A DNA stretch of 64,000 nt from an uncultured Gammaproteobacteria bacterium. Lineage in GTDB: Bacteria > Patescibacteriota > Patescibacteriia > UBA9934 > CAZDDW01. A model generated the notes under the pieces. It did not search any database. It was not told the origin of the DNA and saw only the letters and a program-made list of their open reading frames with translations. The position numbers were made by a program, and so were the translations under genes. Of the stretch, positions 36,798-46,060 are shown piece by piece (positions within the stretch are counted from its first letter, which is position 1; each line of letters opens with the position of its first letter). The stretch is from NCBI GenBank assembly GCA_964504365.1, contig CAZDDW010000004.1, forward strand, positions 14,214-78,213. Reading direction: 5' to 3'.

Positions 36798-37250
36798 ATG
36801 CGAGATAAGTACACTCCACCTGAAGCCCGAGGCGAAGCTGAGTCAATTGTTATTCCGGAGAGTGAAGTTGATGTTACATTTGTTAGATCTAGCGGTCCTG
36901 GAGGCCAAGGCGTGAACAAGACTAATTCAAAAGCTGAGCTGCGCTGGGATCTTAAGGGCTCTGGTTTATTAACGGAAGATCAGAAAGCCCTGGTTCGTGA
37001 GAAATTATCGACACGAATTAATAATGATGGCGTGCTAGTGCTTCATGTTCAGAAAACCAGATCGCAAATTAAGAATCGTGGAATTGCTTTGGAGCGTTTA
37101 AATGATTTGGTAAATGCGGCGCTTGAGGTTCCGAAAGAGCGGATGGCAACTAAAAAGCGTCGCGGCACCCAAGCCAAAGAACGCAAGGCCCGCACATACT
37201 TGAAAAAGAAAAAAGAAATGAGGCGCAAACCAACTCGAGATGATTATTAA
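36798..37250 (+). CDS. arfB: alternative ribosome-rescue factor ArfB (peptidyl-tRNA hydrolase, RF-1 domain)
   Basis: GGQ motif in VRSSGPGGQGVNKTNSKAELRW and basic C-terminal tail KKRRGTQAKERKARTYLKKKKE; 150 aa. Confidence 0.8.
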   Translation: MRDKYTPPEARGEAESIVIPESEVDVTFVRSSGPGGQGVNKTNSKAELRWDLKGSGLLTEDQKALVREKLSTRINNDGVLVLHVQKTRSQIKNRGIALERLNDLVNAALEVPKERMATKKRRGTQAKERKARTYLKKKKEMRRKPTRDDY

Positions 37251-37650
37251 TATGGCCCAGAAGAAACCAAAACAATCTTGCCCGGACTGCAAGGCTCGAG
37301 TTCGAGAACTTCAAGAACAATGCAAGGGCTGTGGGTTTAATATTATTGTTGAACCAAAAGAAGCAGCCCGCGCCAGATATCTGCGCGGCCCATCACTTGG
37401 GGCCTTGTTTTTTACTCAGGGCTGGACACTTGGTTCACGACAATATCTCTGGTTCATTGCTTCGCTGATTCCGGTTGTTGGTATTGCTGCCTTGATTATC
37501 TGCACCCTGTTTGGCCGCCGTTTGGCTTGGAAGTTTGGTGGCTGGGGGTCTTGGGAGGAATATCATCAACGGATGAAATTGCTTGATATCGTTGGTGTGG
37601 TTTGGATTTTAATTCTAATTAGTGCCTATTTAATAGCACGTTACTTATGA
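37240..37650 (+). CDS. hypothetical zinc-ribbon membrane protein
   Basis: N-terminal CPDCKARV...CKGCGF zinc ribbon followed by about 3 TM helices. Confidence 0.45.
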   Translation: MIINMAQKKPKQSCPDCKARVRELQEQCKGCGFNIIVEPKEAARARYLRGPSLGALFFTQGWTLGSRQYLWFIASLIPVVGIAALIICTLFGRRLAWKFGGWGSWEEYHQRMKLLDIVGVVWILILISAYLIARYL

Positions 37651-38654
37651 CTTATTTAATAGTTATTGTTCTGATCATGATGTCGGCCCTGTTTTCTGGG
37701 TTGACCCTAGGTTTCTTTAGTTTGAATAAAGACGACCTTGGTCGTAAAGCGGAGCTTGGTGACAAACAGGCCAAAAAGGTGTACAGCGTGCGCAAGAATG
37801 GGAATCTGCTCCTTTGTACATTGTTGATTGGTAACGTTGCAGTGAACTCTGTCCTGGCCATCTTTTTAGGATCGATTGCCTCTGGTGTTGCTGCTGGATT
37901 ACTGGCCACTGGATTGATTGTTATCTTTGGCGAAATTGTTCCGCAAGCCGCATTTTCTCGATATGCGCTAGCTCTGGGATCAAGGTTGGTTTGGTTGGTT
38001 CGAATTTTCTTAATCATTTTGTTCCCTATATGTTGGCCTTTGGCCTGGATCTTGGACAAGGTCCTTGGCGACGAGTTGGATACTGTTTATTCTAAACGTG
38101 AATTGATCAAAATGATTGAAAAACACGAGGATTTGTCTGAGAGTGAGATTGATGAGGACGAAGAAAGAATTATTAAGGGCGGGCTTTCATATTCTGAAAA
38201 GACTGCACAGGACATCATGACTCCACGTGTGGAAATGGTGGCCCTGAAGAAAGAACAAAGGCTTGATAAAAAAACTTTGGCCAAGGTTGTTGCCACTGGT
38301 CATTCCCGCATTCCTATTTATAAGGAGCGGATGGATAATGTGATTGGAATTTTGTATGTTAAAGATTTGATTGGTGTTGATTTGAAAAATAAGACAGCTG
38401 GATCTCTAGCCCGCAAAAATACTATCTTTGTTGATTCGTTGGCGTTCCTGGATAATCTGCTTGAAGATTTCAAACGAACTCGAAATCACTTGTTTGTTGT
38501 AATAGATAAATATAACAGTGTTGTTGGTGTAGTCACTATTGAAGACGTGCTCGAAGAAATTATTGGTGCAGAGATTGTTGATGAGTTTGATGACAGGGTC
38601 GATTTACAAGAGCAGGCCAAAAAGAAGGCCAAGAAAAGAACCAGAAAATCTTAG
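37647..38654 (+). CDS. CNNM/DUF21-CBS domain transporter-associated protein (CorB/HlyC-like, lacking CorC C-domain)
   Basis: N-terminal 4-TM DUF21 region, then tandem CBS pair (MTPRVEMVALK..., VIGILYVKDLIG...); 335 aa. Confidence 0.8.
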   Translation: MTYLIVIVLIMMSALFSGLTLGFFSLNKDDLGRKAELGDKQAKKVYSVRKNGNLLLCTLLIGNVAVNSVLAIFLGSIASGVAAGLLATGLIVIFGEIVPQAAFSRYALALGSRLVWLVRIFLIILFPICWPLAWILDKVLGDELDTVYSKRELIKMIEKHEDLSESEIDEDEERIIKGGLSYSEKTAQDIMTPRVEMVALKKEQRLDKKTLAKVVATGHSRIPIYKERMDNVIGILYVKDLIGVDLKNKTAGSLARKNTIFVDSLAFLDNLLEDFKRTRNHLFVVIDKYNSVVGVVTIEDVLEEIIGAEIVDEFDDRVDLQEQAKKKAKKRTRKS

Positions 38655-38669
38655 ATGTTTGAAAGAAAT

Positions 38670-38700
38670 AAAAGCACCCGCTGTGAAGCGGGTGTTTGAG
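38670..38700. terminator. bidirectional intrinsic terminator (CACCCGC/GCGGGTG) between convergent CNNM gene and island-3 ORF
   Basis: aaaaGCACCCGCtgtgaaGCGGGTGtttgag. Confidence 0.6.
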
Positions 38701-38701
38701 T

Positions 38702-39805
38702 TTAACTGGTCAGAAGACAGCGGAACGGCTCGTCTTCTCCCAGGCGTGGTGGGTGTATGGCCGCTCCTTCACTAGACAGGACCCAGCGAGCACCCATTCG
38801 ATGTGAGACCCCCATGCTGGTGTATGCTGGCCGTTGGCGTTGGTGTACCTCAAGCATGGGCAGGAAGTTGAAGATCTCAATGTTGATCTGGGCGCTGGTC
38901 TTCTTGTCGCGCAACCGGTCATGGACACTGTCCCAGATCACTGTGGGAATACGCAACTGCCAGGCCCCGAGCAGGCGACGCTCTCTACGGTCCATTCCCT
39001 TGAGAACATCTTTCTGCTCTCCGGGGAACAGGTAGGCCATTTCTCCGGTCCGGCGACCGTTCATTGGTTTTTTCCCTGGTGCGTATGTCTCGATGAACGA
39101 GCCAGGAACCAAGTTCAGCTCCCTGGTGTGCTGCCTGTTGGCTGCCACGTGGAGCGGAATACCGCCAGGCAGGTCGAACTTGGCCAGGATGTCAGCCCCA
39201 TGACTGGAAAGCAGGACATCATCAGCACCAACGCTACCCGGACGGTTGTAGTCGGATCTGAAACGCTGAAGGATCGTTGGGTAGTACTTGAGGAGGAATT
39301 CCGTTTGTGCGTACAACCACGGCACGCGTTCAAGAATTTCGGGCTTGTCCGGGGTTATACCCTCTTCTCTGTACTCGATATGGTCGAAGAGAACACGGGT
39401 TTCTTCGACCCGCATGATCCACTCAAGCAGGATCCAGGTGTAGTCCGCGTTGGGTATGACTATAGTCAGAGGTGTGGTCTGTTCGATCGGCACGGTTTCG
39501 CCGGTGAACAAGAAGTTCGGTTCCCGTAGGGAGCGCAAGAGCTCTTCGACCGCCGTCTGCTGCCCATCTCGATGCAGCTTGGCCAGCATGGTCAACAGAA
39601 CCCGGCCGTCACTTACCAGTTTGTCCCAGCGTCGCAAAGCTTCGCTGGGCGAGCCGGTTTGCTCAAGCAAGAACTTGTACAAACCAACCAGACCTCTGGC
39701 ACGGCCCCGCAACCGGGCAAACACCTGGTTCCCAACCAGCTGTTCGCGCAACGCGGCGATTTGGGTTTCTCTTAAAAGGGCTTCGTTGTTCTTGTCTTCA
39801 GGCAC
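38702..39805 (-). CDS. hypothetical protein (367 aa), GC-rich island 3
   Basis: long ORF in about 57% GC DNA; no recognisable domain. Confidence 0.45.
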   Translation of the reverse strand: MPEDKNNEALLRETQIAALREQLVGNQVFARLRGRARGLVGLYKFLLEQTGSPSEALRRWDKLVSDGRVLLTMLAKLHRDGQQTAVEELLRSLREPNFLFTGETVPIEQTTPLTIVIPNADYTWILLEWIMRVEETRVLFDHIEYREEGITPDKPEILERVPWLYAQTEFLLKYYPTILQRFRSDYNRPGSVGADDVLLSSHGADILAKFDLPGGIPLHVAANRQHTRELNLVPGSFIETYAPGKKPMNGRRTGEMAYLFPGEQKDVLKGMDRRERRLLGAWQLRIPTVIWDSVHDRLRDKKTSAQINIEIFNFLPMLEVHQRQRPAYTSMGVSHRMGARWVLSSEGAAIHPPRLGEDEPFRCLLTS

Positions 39806-39918
39806 TGCTCTTCTCCTTGAGCCATCTGAAGCAGTATCTCCTGGGAGGTACCAAGGTTCGGTCAGCGACCGGTTGTCTCCTGGGAGGCAACGTATCGATC
39901 TTGCCGGAAAATGTTAGA

Positions 39919-39959
39919 TTTGTCAATAAAAAGACCCGACAACAAGTGTCGGGCGAGGT
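39919..39959 (-). terminator. terminator/-35 cassette copy A (CCCGACA/TGTCGGG hairpin + TCTTTTTATTGACAA)
   Basis: ttgtcaataaaaagacccgacaacaagtgtcgggcgaggtt; 40/41 identical to 41166-41206. Confidence 0.7.
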
Positions 39960-39966
39960 TGTTCGA

Positions 39967-41034
39967 TCAGCCGGTGGCAGCTGCGGGCTTGCGTCGGATT
40001 TTGATCAGACGGCTTCGATCCAGTCCGTGAAGTTCCGGGTCGGTCTCTCCGCGGTTGAACCGCTCTAGCACGAGCACCAGCTCGTCGTGTAGCCTTTTGT
40101 CGCGCTGAGATGTCTTGAACTCCGGGCCGAGATAGGCGACCAATTCCTTGATCACGGATTGCAGGAAGCTGGCCCGGTCCACTTCCTTGCCCCACTCAGT
40201 GTCTGCGTGTTCGGTCTGTTTGGTGAACAGGTCGACCAGGTCGCCGTGGGGTCGTAGTCGGACGATCTCTTCGAGCAGATCAAGTCCGTTGGAAGAGATG
40301 CCACCTTCGCCCAAGATCTCCCGGGCGCCACTGTCAGAGACCAGCCAGAACTGCATCCGCATCTGGTCCATGCTCACTTCACGATCGCGAGTGATCTCCA
40401 GATGCCAGCCCATGTTGCCGAGCTCTCGTCCCAACGAGAGTTTTTGTTCCCAGCGTTGGAATGGACAAGCCGGGAAGCGAGAGAGTTCGGTTGTTCCTTC
40501 GGGCGTATTCTCGATCACGTCCAGGCACATCAGGAGCTGTTCGTTCTCTTTCATGCGCACGAGCATATAGGTTTGGTGTCTTAGAACCCAGACCTCTTTC
40601 ACTCGGACGATAGCCAGGATCAGGCGAGCCACCAAGGCGAGACCGATCAGAGCACAGACAAGGATCTGTCGGTACTGATCTACGTTCGGTCCTAGGGTCA
40701 ACGGTTCCGTGATGGCATAAAAACACCAAGCAAGACCAAAAGCCAGAAGTGCGAAGGCCACCACCATGCCAATAAAGATCGTTAGCATGAAGAGTACGAC
40801 GCACATCCACTGGATCCAGAAGAGGAACCCCTTGACCTTTTTGGAAAAGGCCTGGATCCACTTTGGGGAATCCGAGGTGTCCCAGTCGATCCTCTTGATC
40901 GGGTTGGCTCGGCGAAGCCCGCGGACAAGCTTGACCGCACCTCGCCAAAGGGTTTGCTCGAAGCCGAAAGCGATCCAGAAGACCAGTCGCTCCGGCAGGA
41001 GGGAGATGAACTCCCAGGAAAAGAACCACCGCAT
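39967..41034 (-). CDS. hypothetical membrane protein (355 aa; 2-3 TM + cytoplasmic domain), GC-rich island 3
   Basis: ORF with own TTGACA-N17-TAATCT promoter; TM segments FLFWIQWMCVVLFMLTIFIGMVVAFALLAFGLAW; no recognisable domain. Confidence 0.45.
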   Translation of the reverse strand: MRWFFSWEFISLLPERLVFWIAFGFEQTLWRGAVKLVRGLRRANPIKRIDWDTSDSPKWIQAFSKKVKGFLFWIQWMCVVLFMLTIFIGMVVAFALLAFGLAWCFYAITEPLTLGPNVDQYRQILVCALIGLALVARLILAIVRVKEVWVLRHQTYMLVRMKENEQLLMCLDVIENTPEGTTELSRFPACPFQRWEQKLSLGRELGNMGWHLEITRDREVSMDQMRMQFWLVSDSGAREILGEGGISSNGLDLLEEIVRLRPHGDLVDLFTKQTEHADTEWGKEVDRASFLQSVIKELVAYLGPEFKTSQRDKRLHDELVLVLERFNRGETDPELHGLDRSRLIKIRRKPAAATG

Positions 41035-41165
41035 GATTTACCTCCAAGGCCACGCAGTCTCGCCACCAAGCACCCGTTCGGGCATCACCAACACGAACTA
41101 CCGTGCGGATCTAGCTTAGACTTGACTGAAATCATGGAGGGTTAGATTATCATCGTGCCCACGGC

Positions 41166-41206
41166 TTGTCAATAAAAAGACCCGACAACAAGTGTCGGGT
41201 GAGGTG
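41166..41206 (-). terminator. terminator/-35 cassette copy B, then -10 TAATCT 17 nt downstream of TTGACA
   Basis: ttgtcaataaaaagacccgacaacaagtgtcgggtgaggtg; minus strand ...tctttttaTTGACAagccgtgggcacgatgaTAATCT. Confidence 0.7.
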
Positions 41207-42244
41207 TTAGGACCAGTGCCGCTCTGGTACGTAGAACTGCATCAGTTCCTCGATGATTTTTGGGTCACTATCGATGATTTCCAGGCCACGCTGACTTGGA
41301 AATTCCTGGTGGGCTTTTTGGAAGGCCTGGATGACCCGTTCGGGTGTGGGTTCACCACCAGGCCAGCATAGTTGGTTGTGGACTCTGAAAAGCCGGAACT
41401 CAGGGTGCTCGCCCCGGTCGACATGCACGTAGTGGCCAGCCGCCAATCGTTTCAGCTCCTCGTTGGTTGCTCCAGGGATGTGCCAGTAGAGGTTGCTTGA
41501 CCAGTAGGCTGCTTGTCCCAGCCTGCCGTGGGCCCACTCAGGCACCGGGTCTCCCCCTGCGAATAGTGGTTTGAATCCATGAAAGCGCAGGAACCATTCG
41601 ATTGGCGAGGGCCAGTACCGAAGGGCAGGGCCAGTACCACTGTTTGGGATTGGGGTGAAATCATTCCAGTAAGGGGTGAAACGGAAACTGTGGATTGCTG
41701 CCGCACCAAGGACCAGGCTGGTCGGGTAGGCGTCATGGGCAATGCTCCACAAAATCAGTCGCGGTGGATGTTTCTGGTCAAGGGTGTTACGCACCGGCTG
41801 GTTGAGAAGAGCTCTCCCAGCTCTGGTTTGGTCGTGTGGAAGGGGCAGGGTGATGACGATCCGCCCTTCTACGATTTCCAAGAGGTCATTGTCTCTGAGG
41901 CGTCCAATCCATTTGCGGAACATGTCCAGCTGAGGGTGTTCTCCGATTGGGCACGATGCTGATTCCCGAATCCAGGTATCCGGATCGAGTTGAAGGATGT
42001 CGTTGAGCACGATCTGAAACCCAGTCACCTTGTCCGGGCAAACGTGAATGACTCGGCGCAGTCCGGCAAGCCAGTCAGCAAACACGGTCGTGTCACCGGC
42101 CTCAGCCCTCGGGACCACTTGGTTGTTCCACATGTCATTGAACAGCTTGTTGAGGTGGTCAAGGCCGCGCTCGGCAGCGCGCATGATTTTACGATCGAAA
42201 CTACGTAGATTACTTCGATCCCATTTGTCACTTTGTCTACTCAT
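41207..42244 (-). CDS. hypothetical protein (345 aa), GC-rich island 3
   Basis: ORF in about 57% GC DNA, Trp/His-rich; no recognisable domain. Confidence 0.45.
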   Translation of the reverse strand: MSRQSDKWDRSNLRSFDRKIMRAAERGLDHLNKLFNDMWNNQVVPRAEAGDTTVFADWLAGLRRVIHVCPDKVTGFQIVLNDILQLDPDTWIRESASCPIGEHPQLDMFRKWIGRLRDNDLLEIVEGRIVITLPLPHDQTRAGRALLNQPVRNTLDQKHPPRLILWSIAHDAYPTSLVLGAAAIHSFRFTPYWNDFTPIPNSGTGPALRYWPSPIEWFLRFHGFKPLFAGGDPVPEWAHGRLGQAAYWSSNLYWHIPGATNEELKRLAAGHYVHVDRGEHPEFRLFRVHNQLCWPGGEPTPERVIQAFQKAHQEFPSQRGLEIIDSDPKIIEELMQFYVPERHWS

Positions 42245-42317
42245 TGGAAAGTTCTCCGGCTCATACCCGATGAATTCAGGTCGTGATGAGCACAGTCATC
42301 TCATCATTTATGCTTGC

Positions 42318-42356
42318 TTTTGTCAAAATAAAAACCCTGCTGATTACTCAGTAGGG
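42318..42356 (-). terminator. terminator after ABC exporter (ACCCTGCTGA/TCAGTAGGGT + TTTTTATTTTGACA)
   Basis: minus strand aaaACCCTACTGAgtaaTCAGCAGGGTttttattttgacaaaagc. Confidence 0.6.
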
Positions 42357-42358
42357 TT

Positions 42359-44089
42359 TTAGTGTCCGTTCTGGGCGCTAGCCAGGTCGTGGTACAGGCC
42401 GCCATGATTGAAGAGTTGTTTGTGCGTTCCCTCTTCAACAATCTTGCCCTTGTCCAAGACGATAATGCGGTCCGCATTTTGGATCGTGCTCAGACGGTGG
42501 GCGATCAGGATCATGGTTCGGCTGCCTTGCAGCTTAGTGATCGACTCATGGATCAGCTGCTCTGACAATGGATCCAGGTGGGACGTGGCTTCATCAAAGA
42601 TGAGCACGGCTGGGTCGGCGAGAATCGCGCGGGCAATACCCACGCGCTGCCGCTGTCCACCAGAAAGTTTAAGACCGCGCTCACCAACAAAGGTGTCGTA
42701 TCCCTTTTCCAACTGCTCGACAAATTCGTCTACGTTGGCAATCTCAGCTGCCCGACGAATTTCACCCATGGTTGCTTTCGGGTTTCCGTAAGCAATGTTC
42801 TCGGCTACAGTAGAATCAAAGATTTCTACTTCCTGCGGCACGATGGCGATGTGGCTGCGATAGGATGCGAGATTTAGATCACATACATCGTGTCCGTCAA
42901 TCGACACCTGTCCGCTACACACGTCATAGAACCGAGGGATCAGGCGGGCCAGAGTACTCTTGCCTCCACCAGATGGTCCACAAACACCAATGGTTTCTCC
43001 GGCAGCGACATCTAGATCAACTCCGTGCAGACCATTGTTAGTATTTGGGTAACAGAAGTGCACGTTGTCGAAAGCAATACGCCCTTCAGGTGAACGCAGT
43101 TTTTTGGCTGTTGGTTTGGAAGTGATCTCTGTTGGCTCATTCAAGATGTCTGATAGTCGCTCCACGCTTTCTCCTGCATCAACGATACGTTCATACAGAT
43201 GAGAAAAGACGTGTAGACTGTCAAAGAGCTTGTTTGACAACAGGAGTAGGAAGACCAATGTTCCCACAGTGATACTATCTTGAGTTAACTGATATACAGC
43301 AACACCGAGAATGGCTACACGACCAAGATTTACAACACCAGCCTGATACCAGTCGAAGTTAATCATGGTGTACCACTCTTTCAGCTCATCGCCGAAGATC
43401 AATTTTTTCAGCTTGCCAAAGGTGCTGTATTCTCTCGGCTCTTGAGTGAAGGACTGGACACTTTGGACGTTCAGCACCGCCTGAGTCATCATGTGATCTG
43501 CCTTTTCGTAGCGGTCAAAGCGCAGTTGACGCATTGGGCGGATGGTTTTGTCTAGTCTGAATACCGAGTACAGGTAGACAGTAACAACAACCATAAAAAT
43601 TGGTGCGACCTGCCAATCCATGATCAGGAAGATGCCGAAGATGAGAACCATTTCAAACAATACGGGGGAAACATCAAAGAAACACATAATAATGATTTCT
43701 ATTGCCTTCCAAGTGCCTCGGGTTATCTTGCCCATTTTGGCCCCGGTGTTTTCACGGACGTGGTATCCATATGACAGCTCAAGCAGCTTTTTCATACAGC
43801 GCTTTGGAAGATCTCTTTCCAAAATCAAGCTTGTCTTGAAAATGTTTTTGTACTTGATGTTATTCAGTCCAGTAATAATGAACTGAAGTGCCAACATGGT
43901 TGCTGTCAGGATCCAGATCATTTGGACCGACCCCTCGTTCCAGTTTTGGAACTCATCCAGGATCAGCTTGAAGATGTAAGGTCCGATCAGCAGGAAGACC
44001 TGAACAATTCCAATCCAAACGAAAGTGGTAACAATATTTCGTTTGTATGGTTTGATCAATTGCCAGTACTTGCTCCAGAATTCGAACAT
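42359..44089 (-). CDS. ABC transporter, fused permease/ATP-binding protein (MsbA/exporter family)
   Basis: 6-TM N-domain; Walker A GPSGGGKST, signature LSGGQRQRVGIARAIL, Walker B LIFDEATSHLD, H-loop. Confidence 0.9.
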   Translation of the reverse strand: MFEFWSKYWQLIKPYKRNIVTTFVWIGIVQVFLLIGPYIFKLILDEFQNWNEGSVQMIWILTATMLALQFIITGLNNIKYKNIFKTSLILERDLPKRCMKKLLELSYGYHVRENTGAKMGKITRGTWKAIEIIIMCFFDVSPVLFEMVLIFGIFLIMDWQVAPIFMVVVTVYLYSVFRLDKTIRPMRQLRFDRYEKADHMMTQAVLNVQSVQSFTQEPREYSTFGKLKKLIFGDELKEWYTMINFDWYQAGVVNLGRVAILGVAVYQLTQDSITVGTLVFLLLLSNKLFDSLHVFSHLYERIVDAGESVERLSDILNEPTEITSKPTAKKLRSPEGRIAFDNVHFCYPNTNNGLHGVDLDVAAGETIGVCGPSGGGKSTLARLIPRFYDVCSGQVSIDGHDVCDLNLASYRSHIAIVPQEVEIFDSTVAENIAYGNPKATMGEIRRAAEIANVDEFVEQLEKGYDTFVGERGLKLSGGQRQRVGIARAILADPAVLIFDEATSHLDPLSEQLIHESITKLQGSRTMILIAHRLSTIQNADRIIVLDKGKIVEEGTHKQLFNHGGLYHDLASAQNGH

Positions 44090-44118
44090 AGTTGCCTCCG
44101 CGTTAGTTGTGCCCGTTA

Positions 44119-44250
44119 GGCAGGGCGCGGGCGCACCCTGCCACGGACGAATAAGATGCCTAGTCTACAAAAGACCAAGCGAGATTCAACTAAGACGCAC
44201 TTAAACAACCATTTTGGACAAGCCAAAAAGGTTTTGTCTTAAGTTGAATC
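44119..44250 (-). promoter_or_regulatory. structured 5' leader of the ABC exporter gene: two strong hairpins (GGCAGGG/CCCTGCC; 14-bp imperfect IR GATTCAACTTAAGAC/GTCTTAGTTGAATC)
   Basis: inverted repeats at 44119-44142 and 44183-44196/44236-44250. Confidence 0.35.
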
Positions 44251-44279
44251 AAAAAGCCCGACTTGCGTCGGGCTTTCAC
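44251..44279 (-). terminator. intrinsic terminator after comM (GCCCGAC/GTCGGGC + TTTTTGATTC)
   Basis: minus strand gtgaaaGCCCGACgcaaGTCGGGCtttttgattc. Confidence 0.65.
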
Positions 44280-44485
44280 TAAAAAATAAACTTAAATTTA
44301 ACTAAGACATCTATTTTTCAGAGAAAACCCGACCAACCCTGATGCAATTGCAGCAGAGCGGATTACAAAACCGAACACAAGACGTGCAGGGGTTTGTCTG
44401 AAATTGTTCATAGACATCTTATTCATAAAGCTTTCCCGTTATGGGACGCCTTACATTACAATAAGTCACCGGAGCTGTCAAATAA

Positions 44486-46009
44486 TTACACTACGTCCCA
44501 ATTTGGGCGGAAGTTTAGAGCCTCGCCTAGATGTTGTGGTGTAATTTGTTTTGTGTTTTCTAGATCAGCGATAGTGCGTGCAATTTTAAGGATGCGTGTG
44601 TAAGCGCGAGCTGAAAGATGTTTTGAGTTGATTGCTTGGCGGATTAGTTTTGTGCCAGATGTATCGAGCGGACAGAAGCGCTTGATCATTTCAAGTGACA
44701 TCTCGCTGTTTGTAATAATTGGCAGGCTGCTGAATCGGTCAAGCTGTTGATTACGCGCAGACTGCACTCGTTTACGGATTGTTGATGAGGGTTCAGCAGA
44801 ACTGTCTTCAAGCAGTTTGTCAGTTTGCACTTTAGGAACTTCGATCCAGATGTCGATTCGATCCAGTAGCGGACCAGAGATTTTTTTACGATAGCGCACG
44901 ATTCGGGTTGGGGTGCAGGTGCATTGTTTGTCCGGGTCAGTGGCAAAGCCACAAGGGCAAGGGTTCATTGCAGCAACCAGCATGAATTTGGCTGGGAACA
45001 TGAAGGTACCGGCAGCGCGAGCCACAGTGATCGTTCCGTCTTCCAATGGCTGACGCAAGGTTTCAAGTACGTGTCGTGGAAATTCAGGGAACTCATCCAT
45101 GAAGAGTACGCCACGATGGGCCAGACTGATTTCTCCTGGCCGTGGCCAGCTCCCTCCCCCAACAATGGAAACACTGGAAGCGCTGTGGTGGGGGTTGCGG
45201 ATTGGTCGGGTTTTGATTAGTGAATCTTCGGCATTAAGAAGTCCGGCGATTGAATACAGTTTTGAAACTTCCAACGCCTCGCTCATGGTCAGGGCTGGCA
45301 GGATTGAGGGTAGGGTTTTGGCTAGCAGTGTTTTACCAGATCCGGGTGTGCCAGACATGAGTAGGTTATGTGCTCCAGCCGCAGCGATTTCTAAAGCTCG
45401 TTTGATAAACTCTTGGCCGCGCACACTGCTCATGTCCTGAGCGTGCTCTTGGTCCGGTGTGAGATCGTAAGTTGTTGCCGGGATCGGATCAATTGTCTTC
45501 TGGTTTGATAAGTGATCAATTAGTTCAAGTAGTGTTTTGATTGGATACACCTCAAGTCCTTGGACCAATGATGCTTCAGCCGCATTATCAGCTGGAACAA
45601 AGATTTTAGTAAAGCCATTTGTTTGGGCGCCTAGCGCGGCGATCAGTGTACCAGTTACCGGACGGACCGTTCCATCCAAACCTAGTTCGCCAAGGAATAA
45701 ACTTTTTCTTGAATCTCCCAGAGGGATTTCGCCCAGGCTTGCCAATAACGCTAGAGCGATCGGCACATCAAAGTGAGTACCGTGTTTTTTAACGCGAGCA
45801 GGAGCTAGATTAACGATTATCCTGCCTCGAGGAAATGGCAGGTTTGAACGCTTCATTGCCGCTCGAACTCGTTCTCTTGCTTCTTTGACCTCAGTATCAG
45901 GAAGGCCAACAATGAAAAAGTTGGCCATACCAAAGCTGGATGATGCCTCGACCTCGATTGGTTCTGCATCAAGGCCGATGATTGTGGCACTATAAATTTT
46001 TGTGGACAT
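44486..46009 (-). CDS. comM: Mg-chelatase-like AAA+ protein ComM/YifB
   Basis: N-terminal Lon-like domain (IIGLDAEPIEVE...), AAA+ Walker A LMSGTPGSGKT, ...VAAMNPCPCG..., 507 aa. Confidence 0.9.
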   Translation of the reverse strand: MSTKIYSATIIGLDAEPIEVEASSSFGMANFFIVGLPDTEVKEARERVRAAMKRSNLPFPRGRIIVNLAPARVKKHGTHFDVPIALALLASLGEIPLGDSRKSLFLGELGLDGTVRPVTGTLIAALGAQTNGFTKIFVPADNAAEASLVQGLEVYPIKTLLELIDHLSNQKTIDPIPATTYDLTPDQEHAQDMSSVRGQEFIKRALEIAAAGAHNLLMSGTPGSGKTLLAKTLPSILPALTMSEALEVSKLYSIAGLLNAEDSLIKTRPIRNPHHSASSVSIVGGGSWPRPGEISLAHRGVLFMDEFPEFPRHVLETLRQPLEDGTITVARAAGTFMFPAKFMLVAAMNPCPCGFATDPDKQCTCTPTRIVRYRKKISGPLLDRIDIWIEVPKVQTDKLLEDSSAEPSSTIRKRVQSARNQQLDRFSSLPIITNSEMSLEMIKRFCPLDTSGTKLIRQAINSKHLSARAYTRILKIARTIADLENTKQITPQHLGEALNFRPNWDVV

Positions 46010-46060
46010 AAAAAGCTCCTTTCTGGGGGAGCCAAATTTATATTAGTTTTGAGTTGTGAG

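Noticed and set aside
38834-39529. Plus-strand 231-aa ORF and other antisense ORFs (39450-39917, 40148-40570, 40379-41053, 40766-41119) in island 3
   Set aside because: Overlapping shadow ORFs in GC-rich DNA without regulatory context; the minus-strand ORFs are longer and flanked by terminator/promoter cassettes.
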